DNA of 20,000 nucleotides from Neovahlkampfia damariscottae (lineage: Eukaryota), in assembly GCA_016618085.1 (NCBI GenBank), contig JABLTG010000003.1:306085-326084 (forward strand). Reading direction: 5' to 3'. The notes beneath the pieces were generated by a model. It was not told the DNA's origin and made no database searches. It saw nothing but the letters and a program-made list of their open reading frames with translations. Shown one piece after another: positions 19,409-20,000 of the stretch; within the stretch, counting starts at the first letter, position 1; every line of letters begins with the position of its first letter. A program made the translations under genes and the position numbers.

Positions 19409-20000
19409 ACTAAAGTTTATTTACACAAAAGGCGGAAATTCAAAACCTGACGGTTTCTCTTCCAGCTTCGCCCTGAGCAATTTAATAACTCCAATCTAAT
19501 TGAAACATTTAATTTATTACTTTAATTTACAATTACCATTTTACCATTTAATTTATAACAAAAAGGAATAAGATAAGGAAGTGGTAAAATGGTAAGGTGG
19601 TTTTTGGAATTTTATAAAATTTTAAAAAATGGTTCAATTTTACAGGGAAGGATTTAGAGGCCCGACCACCCGACCACATAACCGGAAAATAAAAAATGGT
19701 AAAATAAAATTCATGGTAAAATGGTAAGGTGGTTTTAGGAAAATCTGAAACTTTTAAAAAATGGTTCAATTTTACAGGAAAGGATTTTAAGACATGACCA
19801 ACCTACCAAATGACCGTCAATAAAAACTGGTAACTGAATGTCACCAACAATCACTGGGGGTGTGGCACAATATTATGGTAATTTTGGAAGCGAAGGCGAA
19901 CAAAATTTTTTATCAAAACAGACGCTTGTCGAAGTTTTCAGTTTCCTCCTCGAAAGAGATGGTAAAAACAATATTACAGTTAATGGTAGTAGAGACTGAA
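19393..20000. mobile_element. Putative non-coding repetitive element or transposon end
   Basis: More than 600 bp with no credible gene, in a window that is otherwise almost all genes. It contains direct and inverted sub-repeats (TTACCATTTTACCAT at 19533-19547 vs ATGGTAAAATGGTAA at 19713-19727). No transposase or TSD is visible. Confidence 0.35.
19582..19833. repeat. Two diverged direct copies of a ~120-bp unit with a 132-bp period (starts at 19582 and 19714)
   Basis: Both copies contain TGGTAAAATGGTAAGGTGGTTTT, then TTTTAAAAAATGGTTCAATTTTACAGG.AAGGATTT, then GACCA..C.ACCA and AATAAAAA.TGGTAA. Confidence 0.9.

Noticed and set aside
1701..19769. Short alternative-frame or antisense ORFs in the track (e.g. 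1701, 2542, 3052, 4270, 4898, 5052, 6875, 7630, 7833, 8162, 9008, 11298, 11982, 12295, 13232, 14018, 16428, 17227, 18394, 18907, 18942, 18948, 19548)
   Set aside because: They overlap well-supported genes, promoters or repeats, often start at TTG/CTG, have no recognisable motifs and reflect codon bias.
19533..19833. CRISPR-like repeat-spacer array
   Set aside because: There are only two long diverged copies, no unique spacers between identical short repeats and no cas genes, and the context is eukaryotic.
1..20000. tRNA, rRNA or snoRNA genes
   Set aside because: No cloverleaf, rRNA-like or box C/D pattern was recognisable by eye, and the introns are too short to host snoRNAs. A covariance-model search of 10371-10596, 16867-17362 and 19409-20000 would be needed to exclude ncRNAs.

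Overview
Very AT-rich, extremely compact eukaryotic (protist-like) nuclear DNA in the standard genetic code. It is not prokaryotic. The style recalls free-living heterolobosean or amoeboid protists, but I cannot confirm the organism. I reconstructed 11 apparently intact genes by hand, joined across 21 tiny GT-AG introns of 27-42 nt: a 5'-truncated BLTP2/Hobbit/FMP27 lipid-transfer gene, an EED/LRWD1-like WD40 gene, SBDS/SDO1, a Q/P-rich 4-TM protein, a long coiled-coil protein, a divergent Ran-like GTPase, a possible QCR9, an LMBR1/LIMR-like protein, an AltMIEF1/MIURF-like LYR protein, COQ2, and an F-box + RasGEF protein. These are followed by a secreted class-3 lipase gene with two in-frame TAA codons and then a repeat-rich, transposon-like tail. 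Most notable: (1) a predicted 4-nt microexon in the LYR gene; (2) a Ran paralog whose G3 motif DTAGQ reads NPAGS; (3) convergent genes whose stop codons are only 3-9 nt apart, with TAA often inside AATAAA; (4) CCAAT boxes upstream of nearly every gene start; (5) the stop-interrupted lipase. All family calls come from motif recognition; no database search was run.
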